Origin: Parasitella parasitica NRRL 2501
Taxonomy: Eukaryota; Fungi; Mucoromycota
Assembly: GCA_025201805.1 (NCBI GenBank)
Contig: MU619396.1
Location: forward strand, 1-64,000
Reading direction: 5' to 3'
DNA: 64,000 nt
Part shown: positions 39,785 to 52,258 of the stretch, piece after piece
Numbering within the stretch: the first letter of the stretch is position 1
Layout of the letters: every line of letters begins with the position of its first letter
The notes under the pieces: generated by a model
The model's input: only the letters and a program-made list of their open reading frames with translations
Told to the model about the DNA's origin: nothing
Database searches by the model: none
Made by a program: the position numbers and the translations under genes

Positions 39785-40263
39785 TAATTTTTTTTAATTT
39801 TGAGACAATCGTGAGACGTTTTCAAGTCTCTTCTTTATTTAATAATGTCGACTTTTTTCAAGTCAACAAACTAGTATAATTAAAAAAAAAAAAAAAACGA
39901 AACAAGTATTTATAATCATTTTGCTTATATTATTGTAATTGATATAGATTCAACAGCTAAGCCCTTAATTACATTGCGATCATACCAGGTTTATAGAACA
40001 AACATGAGTACTATCGAAACATAATTGTTTTAAGTTCAATCAACAAATAATAATGAAAAGCACACCTTGATGTAAAATGAACGATCCGCTTTTATAATTA
40101 CATGCTATTAATAAAGTATATTTTGATAATTTTCGAGCTGTGAATACGGCAAAGAATTCACAAAATTGAGATAAAAATGGATATATACACACACAATTTA
40201 TGCATGAACTAGATACAATAAACAATTATGTTTTTGCATGTTGGAAAACAAACAAAATATAAA

Positions 40264-42334
40264 TTAATCTGTGGTGGACCATTCCCAAGATAATACAGCA
40301 CTAATAACTGAAAAACCGGTAGCAAATTGGTAGACAGAGACGTAGTTTCCAAACATATCGTTATTTGGAGAACTGACCAAATACCCCATAAAAAGTACGC
40401 CTATTGCTGGGCCTAAGCTGCTGTATAAAGCTGCCATCCCCCCTTTCAATATCATTCTTTTTTGGTCAGTCAAAATAACAGAATCTACTTGATGCGCGGC
40501 TAATAACCAAATGGAATGAAAAGACAGACCTGATGAAATCACTTTAAGTTATACTGTAAATATAACTCTTTATCATGAGCTTACACTGCAAAAATTGTAG
40601 AATGAGAACGGCTACTTTGGTCAAGATGAATTCAGGCTGTAACCACGTGTAGGTATATGCGCATAAAACCAAAACAATGTGTGCAGTTCCGATGATCACT
40701 GGAAGCGAGAAACTCTGGATAATCTAGAATATCGTTATATATAAAAGCTACTTGATAATCATGACTTTCTGCTGTTCATCTTTCCACCACCCCTCCCCTT
40801 TCCTTCTCTGCCTTTCTCTGCGTGAGTTTGTGTATTCAACTATGTATCTCCTTTTCAAAATGACCTGGACTCCCTTTTTTCCGCAACCAAGCCTTACCTT
40901 AATAACTATTTTACTTGCCAAAAGCTCTGCAGATATGGTAATCAGGCCAATGATGCCAAGAAGATGCATGGGGAACTTCAAAATATCATGTAAATAGATG
41001 TAAAGCAAAGATTGAGTCATTCCGAACACTACGCCCAAACAAAGAATGGAGCATATAAATGATTTCAGTATCCATTTTGATTGCTGTTGATGGTGATGTG
41101 CTGCTATACTGCATTGATGATAGTAGTCCTCTTCTGCTGCTGTTGCTGTAGTATTTTGTATTTGGCTATTTTGGTGATAAGAGTGATGATTTTGATTGTA
41201 GCCTGGAACAAGTGTGATAAGTACAATAACTAGGGATTGTACTGGCGGGTACGGGAGTCGAGCTAGTTCAAATGATGTCGGCGAGTTTTCCAATTCGTAG
41301 TTAATTTGATGTGGATTGAATTGCTGTGGAGGATGGAAAGACGGTGGATGATTGGAAGGCATGATCGGATGGAAAAAGCAAGCAGAATCCTCATATTCTA
41401 CTGCAGCTGCAGGTGCAGCAGTGCAAGTTACATGTTGATAATATACATTTGTTGTGTTGTTTGTGAAATGCGATGATCCACTGCAAACACTAGTGGGCCT
41501 TGGCAATGGTCTGATGGATACAGAATTATTCGTTGTTGTCATGCGCTGCAACATGCTCGCATCTTCTTCAGAAATATGGGAAAGTTGTTCTCCAAATAAG
41601 CTGTACGGTTTATAACAAACATATGAGCTGGATGTTTCTGTTGGCTGTAGAGCATGTTTGGCTAAGGGTGTCGTTTCATCTATTTCGTTACAAACTATCC
41701 CCAATAAACTTAGGTCAGCAGGCTGAACTGTAGTAGACAATGATAGTAGAAACAGGATAACAGATCCAATCAATATAGTAACCATTAGCGTATCAAAATC
41801 ATGGTCATCATCCAATGACCATCCTATGCCCAACGTCATTATCGCAGACACCCACTTTCCATATTGTCTCTCTTTACCTTTAGTAACAAGATTGTTAACA
41901 CGAAATTTATGTATTTTATATGGTATGTGCTCACCATACAATATCTTATAATCACCCAATATTTTTATAATGGCACTGTCGATTAAAACCTCTAATGGCT
42001 GGTAAAATAACCCGTCAAATATTGACGAGATGATGGCCACAGGTAATGCAGCAATTGTTATCCAAGTTGGTGGTACAGATAGAATCAGGAGAATCCCAGC
42101 TGTTCCTATTGCGGTCAGAAGACCTGTAAAAACGCCATGCAAAGGTGTTCTATGGTCGACAAGATCAATCCAGAAAGCAGATGCTGGTACTCGTAGTAGT
42201 AATACGCAGGAAGTTAATAAAGAGATTGTTAAGACATCAAATTTTAGCATGTGAATATAGTATAGGCACAAGTATGGATGAATACTTGTGGTGGCAGCAT
42301 GAGCCATTGTCAATAGTTTTGTCCAAAATAGCAT
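40264..42334 (-). CDS. MFS_1-like (MFSD6-type) membrane protein with a long low-complexity central loop, multi-exon
   Basis: Two hydrophobic halves: PYLCLYY, LIDSAIIKILG..LYG, LYIYLHDIL, GLSFHSIW, LGPAIG. Confidence 0.7.
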
Positions 42335-43071
42335 TGCTCTTACGGGAGTATATAAAATATAGAAAGATAAAGAAAAAAGAGATGTAGAAGGAAAAGAGAG
42401 AGAGAGGAAAAAAGAAGAAACTTTGAATATGTATGTATGTGATGGTACATAAATAAATAAAGAAATACAATTCTCACATTATGTGGAACATGTCAGTCAA
42501 TTAGTGCAAAGCTTTAGTAGACGTTGACAGGCACAGTCCAGCAGATCAGCATAACAAATGTGCATATGCAAAAGGCGTGCAATTTCGATGTGTCATCCTT
42601 TCCGTTCCAAACGCTAACTTGTATATTATACATTTTCGTATATTTATATCCTGTTTGAGATGTTTTCGCAAACCTTAAAAAATTGACGCAAATGACTTGC
42701 TATTTTGCTGCATAGTGCTATTTGAAGCTGTTTGCCCCTGAGCCAGAGTCGTAAAAAATACAGAAATCAGTGTGCCCCAGCTGTGTATCATTAATGCCGT
42801 TAATAGACCTAGTGAAATATTCACAGTGCACAATATGAACAGAAATGTGATATTTGTAGCTTGAAATCAGTTGTACTCTGTTTTTTTTTTGAGAAATTAA
42901 GTCAAGTATACTTTATTAAATTAAATAAATGGCAATAATACATAATAAATTGCATGCAAAAAGAGAAATCAGGAGAATATATGGTAAATAATAGGTGAAA
43001 TAGTGCAAGTTTTTTTTCCAGGAAGTGAATGAGGAGATGGGGAAAAAGAATGTGGGCGATAATAGTTTTTC

Positions 43072-44954
43072 TTAGAATGCTAGACCTTTGTCTCTCTTGA
43101 TTTGTTTTAGATCAACGTCCTTCCACATTGCAACAGAAGCCCAAGTGATGGCATACATACAAGTGGCCGCAATCAACATATATCGCTGAGTCTCACTATA
43201 GGCCAGGTTTATAGCAATTTTTTCAGGGCTGCCAGCTGCATACGAGGATTGAACAGTGATTGAACCATAGATGGATTGTATATCACCTAAAGCGCTTGCT
43301 GGCAAGTACTTTGCAAGCTTGGTAGGGAAAATACCAGTCCACATGGCACCAGAGATAGCGGAACCAACTGCACTACCGATACTGATAATCATGTTTTCCA
43401 TAGACAACACGGCAGCAACAAATTGGTGAGATGAAACAGCCATGACAGTCATTTGCTCACAGATAACCAAAGTGCCACCGCCAAAAGCAATGAAGATTTG
43501 GCACATAACAATGAAGCCGATGTTGACATCAGGCTGGCGGAACATGATCATCAAACCAACGCCTAAAATTGTGATGGGAACACCGAAATAAAAGGCTTGC
43601 CATTTCAATCTACCGTTATACATGATGACAAGACCCATAACGAGAGACCAAACGGTAGAACCGATAGTATAAATATTCGTGATGTACGTAGCTTGACTGA
43701 CGCTCAAGCTGTAGACGACAATCAAGTAAGAGTAAAAGAAACTGTCCCATAAATACCAAGCAAGATACAGACTGGCAGCCATAGTGTATGTAAAGAACAC
43801 TGTTCTATCGGTCAACAAACTCCAAGGAATAAACGTAACAGGAGCTCCCCACTTTTCCCAGATACCAAAGGCAATGATAAGCAATCCACCGAAAATTAAG
43901 AAGCAGATAATCAATGGAGAATTCCATTGATTAGGCTGGTAAGAATACAAATTGAATGATAACAAGAATAATGCAAGACCAGCACAAATCAAAAGCAAGC
44001 CGATGACATCGAACTCTACAGCGTAGTAGTAACACGATTCTCTAATTGTTCTATTCGACTTAGGCTTGACAACAAGTCCAGCTTTGATAGCCTTGAGATA
44101 ATTGTAGTAGAACAGACCAAACAAGGGAGAGGACACAACAGGAATAATGATGGCCCAGATACCAAAGTTCCACCTGAAGCCAATGGTGTTGAGGATACTT
44201 TCAGCTGCAGGGCCATATGCCCACACTGTAACAATCCAAGGAGAAGCAGTAAAAGCAATCACGAAGGCACGGTTCTTGAGAGAAGTGGTATCAGCAATGA
44301 AGATAGTCTGAGTAAAGTAAATGGTAGAAGAGCCAACTGAATAGAACACTTGAGCAGCGCAGTAGGTGGTAACATTTTGACAGCCGGCCATCATAATCAG
44401 ACCTACAGTCATCGAACAAACCATAAGAGCAAAACCTTGGGGGCGACCCCAGACATTAAGGAGCTTTGCATAAGGCAAAACAATCAGGCCCGAAATCATG
44501 CTTGAAATAACCTGGGTTGTAGCTGTCAAAGAATGCTCCTGGAAAGAGCTCGTGACATAAGGAGTCAATGTACTGTTGATACCAGAAGATAAAGCCATAA
44601 TAAAAGAAAGAAGCCATATTCTGTTTAACTCATGTTAATGTATGTGAATGAATAAAAGCGCACTCAATGTCAAACTTACAAACCATAAGCCGTAATCAAG
44701 TGAGATTTGGACCAGACCTGCAAAGCAGCTTGCGCACTTTTTGCACCATATTGAAAATCTGTAGCGCTATCTTTATCGCTTGAATTATCTAGGCCATGAG
44801 AAGGGATATCTTCTTTTGTGTCCATGACAGAGTTACCATCACTCGCCACTCTTTTTTCATCGTGGACAGTTATAGTTGAGTCGACGGGAAGTTCTTTCTC
44901 ATCGGATTTCACGAGGGCAGCAGCCGGAAAGATAGAAGGCAGACTGAACTTCAT
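43072..44954 (-). CDS. Siderophore-iron transporter (MFS, MirB/Sit1/ARN family), 2 exons
   Basis: LTPYVTSSFQEHSL, KLLNVWGRPQGF, AAQVFYSVG, FIADTTSLKNR, IYGSITVQSSY..AYSETQRYM. Confidence 0.92.
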
Positions 44955-45016
44955 AATAGGATATTTGAGAAGATTTTAAGATGAACAGAAGAAATTCAAT
45001 CTCTTTTTATACAAGA

Positions 45017-45130
45017 ATCTGATAAATTTTATTTCAATAGTACCACAAGAAATCTGATAATAAGTTAGTGCAATCTATAAATTTATTGGGACCAGTTGAT
45101 TTTCAGAAGGAAATAATCGGATTATCAGAT
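45017..45130. promoter_or_regulatory. Three ATCWGATAA boxes (iron-responsive GATA repressor, SreA-type)
   Basis: ATCTGATAA at 45017 and 45052; TTATCAGAT (reverse) at 45122; 63-176 bp upstream of the transporter ATG; a fourth copy, ATCAGATAA, at 45841. Confidence 0.75.
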
Positions 45131-47058
45131 CAAGGTTCCCCAAACTCTAATCGAAGTAGTACCACTATTCCAACGCAACTTCTCTTTTCTTGTGCGATAT
45201 TCCATAGCCTTGTATTACAGCCAATATTCGTGGAAAGACGTTCAAGTGTAACAGACGCATCTAATCTTTACAGGTTGACCTACTGGTGTTGATTACAATC
45301 AGAAAAATTGGAATTGATATGATTGCCAGCAGTAATATCTAAAGCAGACTATAAGAATTAGGACGTTACGTATACTAGAGCACACAAGATACATCTTAAA
45401 AATAATTACTGCTTTGCATAGACACGAACTTGTTTCGCTTAAAAATGAGCTCGTTTAACCGAGAAAGTGGACCCAGTTTCATTTGAAGATCAGTATCAGT
45501 AGATTATAAAAGCTTGGTTCGTCAGTAGATATGAAATTTAACATTTTTGTTATATAGAATACATCAAAATATTCGGCAGAACTTAATAATTGATCACAAA
45601 AAATATTTTGAAAAATTCTTTCCATTGTACTACATATCCATCATTTTTTTCTTACAAATCACCAAAAGTAACGGCGATGGATTTGCGATCGTTTAAGAAT
45701 CATATAACTCGATGCTTTTGAATTTTTGCTTGAGAATCACGTAACTTCTGTAAAAACTAAGATAGAGCAAAAAAGTAACATGTCAATGTTTCTATCCAGA
45801 CGGGGATCTTTGTATAGATTAAAGACAGACATATAAAAGAATCAGATAAAGGAAGCACTCCATGTGTATGACCATACTCAGTTTTAGTTTGGAAACACAA
45901 GATTAGGCTCTTTCAATCATATATTCAGACCGAACGTCCCCGGTCTCTGGTTATTGGTGCTATTAAGCCTTCAAAAGTAATGAAATTGAGCCACGCTACC
46001 CTACCTGTTGGAATAGACGGAAGGGTTAAATTTTGACACAAGCGATTGCTTTCAGATCTTTATAATCTTTTAGTACAGTTTTAGAGTAGATATTCAATTT
46101 ATATGAATTTTTTTTAATGGATTGTTCATATTGTAAAACAACTAAGTGAAATTGTAAGATGACCTCAAAGTTTCAATCTTTCTTTCCAAGACTAGAATTT
46201 GGCATAGAAATACGTGGATGAACATTGATTTCTAAAGGCAGTTTGAGCAATACCCTTGGTTAGCTGATATAAAATGCATCGCTCGTATTCCTTATTTTTT
46301 GTGCAGAGTTATGTGTTATTTTGTGTGATATAAATAATAGACGTTTTAATTTGTTAATCCAAAAAAACCAATAATTTACACGTCGAGTATCGTCTTCATA
46401 GTTCGCTTATAAAGTAATTCAAAATCGAAAAAAATAGACTTCGTTAATACAATAAAATGAACGAAATTGAATACCCGTTTAGGCATATGCGATCTTAAAA
46501 TTAAGTGTTTCATGGAATTACCTAAAAGCTCACTTCACTGAATCCCACATCAAGGGTTCTACCAGCGGTTTCCACTCACCAGCTTTTATTTGAACTTATT
46601 ACCTTTGCTAAAAAAAACGGGACATGTTAAACAACAGGACTTAGTTAACCAGCAGGATTTGAGTTTAATGTGATTCGAAATTATAATAATTCGCAAAAAC
46701 TATAATTGATGGAGAATCTAGATACCTCAAATATACAGTTTGATTGAAAAGCTGCCAATGATGGTTACGATAGCAATTTGTTAACAGTGCAACTAGAAAA
46801 ATCGATATCGACATTGAATGATGCCAGCAGCAATCCCCTTATAATACTACTGTAGAGAGTCAAGCTTAACCAAGCTATTATTGACCACTGCACTGGAGAG
46901 GATCAAAGTCTATCCTTGTCAAGAATAGCTTGCTGTTAATTTTTAAATGTTTTACGGGATTCTAAAGATGCTTACACATTTGGGGCGAAAAATGTCTGGT
47001 CTACGATTCACACACGTTTTCGTTTTTTCTTTTTCTCAACTACGAAATAGCTGAAGCA

Positions 47059-48246
47059 ATGCAAATTCCAAACACGAAACACCCAATTCATCCTGTTTAT
47101 CAAGCAGTATGCGACGAGCATAAGGCTCAAATAGCAGCAGCCTTCCAGCTGATGGGTGGCGATAATGCCTCTCCTGAAAAGCATTATCAGGTTATTACGG
47201 AGCTTCGCGCTGCAGCAGACGAGTTTGCCAAAAGAGTACCTTTACCAGAAACCTGTCGATCCAGGCAAGAGGTTTTTGGTGGTCCCAATAACATAAAAAT
47301 TGGGACCACAGTTTTCAGACCCGTTGGTAGTGAAAACGAGGTATTGCCTGTTACACTTTACTTGTATGTTTCGTATACTCTTGCATTGCTTGTGAAACAC
47401 AAACTAACTGCTTAGATAGCCATGGCGGAGGCTGGGTATTAGGAAGCGCAATAACACACGCTAAAATTGCAACTGAAGTAAGTTGTATATCTCGAGAATA
47501 TGGAACAAAACAGGGCTGACAATCTTTTAGCTGTGTATCAAAGCTCACGCTGCAGTGATGCTTGTCGAATACAGCCTTAGCCCTGAGGTTCAATTTCCTA
47601 TTGCCAACGAGCAAAGTTTTGCTGCCTTGTGCTGGCTTCGTGAACATGGCAAATCGATTAATGTTAATCCCGATAAAATTACTGTAGCAGGAGATTCTGC
47701 TGGCGGCAACATGGCAGCTGTCATCTCAAGTAAGTCTTGAGAAAAAGGCAGGTACTTACCTTATATTAAGCTTGGTTTTGGATAGTGATGGCAAAAGATC
47801 GTGGTATGGAAGGGGCAATTAAGGCTCAAATTTTGATGTACCCTGCTGTTGGTGCAGACATGGACTTGTATGGATCATACAAAACCTACGGTGGTGGTGA
47901 ATGCTACCTTTCTATCAAAGAAGCAGAGAGATGTGCGGCTGCATATCTGCCCAAGCCAGCCATTGAGCTTAATAATCGTTATGCCACACCAATTTTGGCT
48001 ACAGAAGAGGAATTAAAGGGGCTACCACCTGCTTTAGTGTTGACGTGCGAGTGTGATATTCTTCGTGATGAAGGTGAAGCTTATGCTTCCAAGCTTCTTA
48101 CTGCTGGAGTATCCACAGTCGGCGTCCGAGTTTTGGGTACCATTCATGCTTTCATGACAACCCCAGTTCCTGACACACCTCAATATAACACTTCAATCAA
48201 GATGGTTTGTGATTTCATTCGAGAACATGTAGGATCTGCTAAATAA
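47059..48246 (+). CDS. HSL-family alpha/beta hydrolase (esterase/lipase), 4 exons
   Basis: HGGGW across a splice junction, GDSAGG nucleophile, ECDILRDEG, GTIHAF. Confidence 0.93.
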
Positions 48247-48603
48247 AGTATATTTCTCTACAATAAATGATTCCACTCAGTGCTACGGTCTTGAATTTAT
48301 TTGCAAAACATATACTTTATTCCCAAAAAAAAAAAAAAAAAAAAAAAAACCAGCTAAACTGTATGCAAGATTTTAACATTAATGATTACTCCAAATGACA
48401 ATCGCTTATTATTTTAATTTTCTTGATTGATTGTTTGTCTTCAAGAAAACTTGAGCACAAATAATAGGTAGCCATCATAAAATTACAGATATTTCACATC
48501 AAACCTGTAGTCAGAGTAAGGAAAATCGCATATACAATGCTCAATGTTTATTATCTAGTACGATTTGCTACTCCTTGCTTCGAGTAATTTTGTTTAAAGC
48601 GGT

Positions 48604-49051
48604 TCACTCGTCGCCAAGAAGCTCGAAAGGGTTGCCTAGTACATGTACATTAGGTAAAATTCATTTTGAGCGATAAAAACTTACCGGTCTTCTTCTTTTC
48701 CTTTTTCTTTTCTACTTTATTGGTTTTGGCGAAATATCTAACGACATCGCTTTGGTTGGGCGTTTTAGTAACACCAGCGATAAAAACCATCTTCGAGGGA
48801 ACAATGTTGGAAAACGGACTACCAGCTAAGGCCAAAAGAGTATTACAGTCATACTTGACACGGTTACCTGTAATGAAGTAATAATAATTAAATAAATGTC
48901 TATGTGTCAGAAAATCTACTTCAAGATGTCCTGAAGACAAAAATCAAGATCTGAATTGATCGATCTATGATTGCTCAATCATCAACGTAATTTACATCAT
49001 GAAGTTATCGTCTTGGCAAGGCATTAAAATTTTACCTTGTTCAGCATGCAT
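48604..49051 (-). CDS. Small eIF4E-binding-protein-like gene (about 75 aa), 3 exons
   Basis: MHAEQ|GNRVKYDCNTLLALAGSPFSNIVPSKMVFIAGVTKTP..KKT|GNPFELLGDE*; YxxxxLL motif plus SP and IxGVT. Confidence 0.6.
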
Positions 49052-49190
49052 GATAACGAACTATATGTATAGTTAGGACAAAGGGGTCAATACAAAAAAC
49101 CAAATTGAAAAAATTTGATAAAAAAAAAAAAATCGAACGTACAAATCCACCCAATCAAATGATGGTCTCCATTATAACATGTTGTTCCCT

Positions 49191-49241
49191 ACTTCATGCA
49201 CTAATTTTCATACAAAAAAAAAAAAAACTTCATGCACTAAT
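49191..49241 (+). repeat. 15-bp direct repeat flanking a 21-nt poly(A)-ending insert
   Basis: ACTTCATGCACTAAT at 49191-49205 and 49227-49241, with TTTCATAC-A13 between them. Confidence 0.8.
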
Positions 49242-49286
49242 GATATATAACATGATCATTTAATTCCAGTAAAAATTATTGACATA

Positions 49287-50717
49287 TTAATGGGAGTTGG
49301 ATTCTGGCTCTTTATTTAGAGTAGTGTCGCCAGATATGTTCTGCATGAGAGTAGTTGTATTTTGAGTGATTGTTTCTGGAGGTGAGAGACCCATTCTTCT
49401 TCTCATCGAAGTATTTTGATACGTGGCTTTAGCTTGCAATTTATCAATTAAGATACGATTTTCTTCAGGATTAAGTACTCTCAGCCGATTTCTTGATTCG
49501 TTTTCATTTGTTGATAATGTAAATACCGGGGGCATTGGCGGGGATGGAGAAAAACCTGCCTCTAATCGACTAATGTTAAATGTCTCTCTATTCCTTGACG
49601 ACGGCACCATGAAAGGCTTCAAGGTCATGTTCTTTATGTTAGGATCACTTTTATGTTTTTGTTTGTTTTCCAAAGACTGCTGTTGATTCGCTGATGAAAA
49701 AGTATTAAAGTTTCTTGTCCGTGGATCTGTTGATCTAGCCAACATGTCGTTAGGGTTTGGTTTGTTCCATTGTGGAAATGCATTGATGATTGATGAACAC
49801 GGTATATATTCCGACTGCTTTCCCTTTAGCAAATCTTTTGTGTTATTTCTTTGATCTTGCATCGAAGATGCTGAATCTAGGACATGCAAGTTTGATAGTC
49901 CGTTGTTAAGCTCTTGGACTTCAGAGTCTTTACCTGGTGGAGAGGACAAACCAAGCTTTTCATTCGGAGAGCATAGACTATACACTTGTTCAAATAAATC
50001 TTGGTTTCGTTTTCCACGAACTGGTGAAGATAAATCTGATTCCTGATTTGGTGGTGGGAATGATGAGTCGTCTTTCTTCAATGGTGTCAAGTAAGAGAAC
50101 TTCACGCTTGAATTTTCGCCACTTGAAGCTGATTGCCGGTTAATGCGACTTCTATGTTTTTGAGTTTTCAGTCTTTCTTCACCTTGCTTCTTAGCTATTC
50201 CAGAAAATTGGGATTCCATGTTTAAATCAGAAACTGTTATATTATATTTTCTAACGCATTTCGCATCTAAATCTTTGTAAGTTTTGAGAGTCGCATGAAG
50301 AGCTCGTATTTCTCGAGTTGCCATCTTTATCTGAGTCTCTTTTCCATCAAGTAAAGCGATGAATTTGTGCTCTCGAATAATATTTTTGATTACTTGTCTT
50401 TGAAGATATAAAACATCAATGTGATATTTTAATCGAACTGCTTCTTCTTTCGAATAGTTGGAGTCTTCCGCCGGAGTCCTCAGCATACTAATGTACTTTT
50501 GAGCGAGCTCCCTGTTAAAGTCTACAAAACCCAGAAGTTGTGCTACATATACATCGCTGTGAACGTAATCAATACTTCTCAGCTGTTGATTCAATCCATC
50601 ATCAATTGATTTTTGCGATATCAGACGTTTGAAGGTGGCATTCATTTTTTTATCATCCTCATTGTCATTAAAGCTTGTTAGTATAGAATGTGGTTTGTCT
50701 TGGCCATTACTAGTCAT
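49287..50717 (-). CDS. Intronless hypothetical protein (476 aa); helical N-terminal part, disordered C-terminal part
   Basis: Long uninterrupted ORF; no family recognised. Confidence 0.75.
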   Translation of the reverse strand: MTSNGQDKPHSILTSFNDNEDDKKMNATFKRLISQKSIDDGLNQQLRSIDYVHSDVYVAQLLGFVDFNRELAQKYISMLRTPAEDSNYSKEEAVRLKYHIDVLYLQRQVIKNIIREHKFIALLDGKETQIKMATREIRALHATLKTYKDLDAKCVRKYNITVSDLNMESQFSGIAKKQGEERLKTQKHRSRINRQSASSGENSSVKFSYLTPLKKDDSSFPPPNQESDLSSPVRGKRNQDLFEQVYSLCSPNEKLGLSSPPGKDSEVQELNNGLSNLHVLDSASSMQDQRNNTKDLLKGKQSEYIPCSSIINAFPQWNKPNPNDMLARSTDPRTRNFNTFSSANQQQSLENKQKHKSDPNIKNMTLKPFMVPSSRNRETFNISRLEAGFSPSPPMPPVFTLSTNENESRNRLRVLNPEENRILIDKLQAKATYQNTSMRRRMGLSPPETITQNTTTLMQNISGDTTLNKEPESNSH

Positions 50718-52258
50718 CTTTAATATATGGTTCAGAAGAATATCCGAAAAACAAGGGAAAATACAGGAACTATTTTATCTCAAATACATTAGGTCAGATG
50801 GTTGTTAATTGAAAAAAAAAAGATCTCGAGTTTTTCTTCTCATGTTCAGAAATGCAAGATTTTGAATTCTATAATCATGCTGGTATTTCAATCCAAATGT
50901 AAATATTCCTATTTCTCACACGTTTAGATATTTATTTACATGATGATTGTTCCATTTTGAATAATGTGTTAAACAAAGAAAAAAAGGCAGATATGATACC
51001 CAAATAACTACATTATGTTGGATTGATGAACGGAGAAGATGCGTAAACAAGATGAGATAATTTATTTGCTTTAAAAATCGTACATTCGCTTTAGAAATGA
51101 GACAATTTATAAAATCCCTACTTGCATGATTATGGTATAGGTATCATAAGGCTGAAGTACTTGATATTTTTAATTAACAAATTATTCATTATTTTTCAAC
51201 ATTGACATATCACAATAATACCACATTGAGACTTAATCCGAGTTTAGTTCTTTGTAAATATATATTACAAACGTGCTATTATCGCATCAAGAAGAAACCT
51301 ACTAGAAAAAGTGGTCATTCTACTATGTACTGTACATGCATTATATCACACTTGAGCTGGTTAACGCAGTCTCACCATGTCCAGCACATGTCGCTGCAGG
51401 CTTATTTCGTCTCTGCAAAGCTACTTTAAAGCTGTCATGTTTTCTATATTTTGTTTATTAAGACGATGCTCCTCCTATCATCCATGGTGATGAACTTTGA
51501 TCTGCATATAATGATAGCAATGTTTCAGAATAGGAGCTTGCTGTCGCAAAATATTGCTTTAACGATCAGCCATTAAACAATTGCAAAACTTATTTCTTAC
51601 ATTCGCAGATCTGTAAATAGTATATCTTGAAGTTACATTAAAGTTCCTCAGCAAGTGCATAGGCTTGTAGAACTAAAGCGCCTACAGTAAATTCATGTTT
51701 GTGGCTTGTTTGCAGCAAAAAAATAACATTGAGAGATCGTACTAAATATACTTGATAGAGAGAGCATAACGGAAGTCTTCCAGTAAAACTCTCACTATGC
51801 CCTTGGCCAACATTAGTCTTATTTAAACTTATATATGGTTGTGACCTTTATACATAAATTGCACACACATACTTGATAGTACTGATTTTGTCGCAGACTT
51901 AACTAAGTTCATTGTATTTTGGTAGAGTTGCACCAGATGGTGTGGAATGACAAAATAATTAGATAGAAATATGGGCCACGTCTACCAATAGGATCCATCT
52001 CTGTATCATATAAATCAAAGCTCGCCTCAAAAAGATGTCGTATAACCACATGCTACAACTTTTGATTTAATTCTTTTGATCCATCTTTGCATACACCAAA
52101 TCTGGGCACAGTATATACCAATGGAAGAAGTAGGGAAACTTGTTCCCGAAAATTTACGACTCTCACGACTTTAACCCCGAACGACCTTGTGAATCTACAT
52201 TATTAATATCGTGTTCATCCATTTTGCACTCTTTCAAACAATCAAGTACTATTTTACA

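Noticed and set aside
51350-52130. Possible minus-strand pseudogene upstream of the DapA-like gene
   Set aside because: Fragments look peptide-like but cannot be assigned without a search
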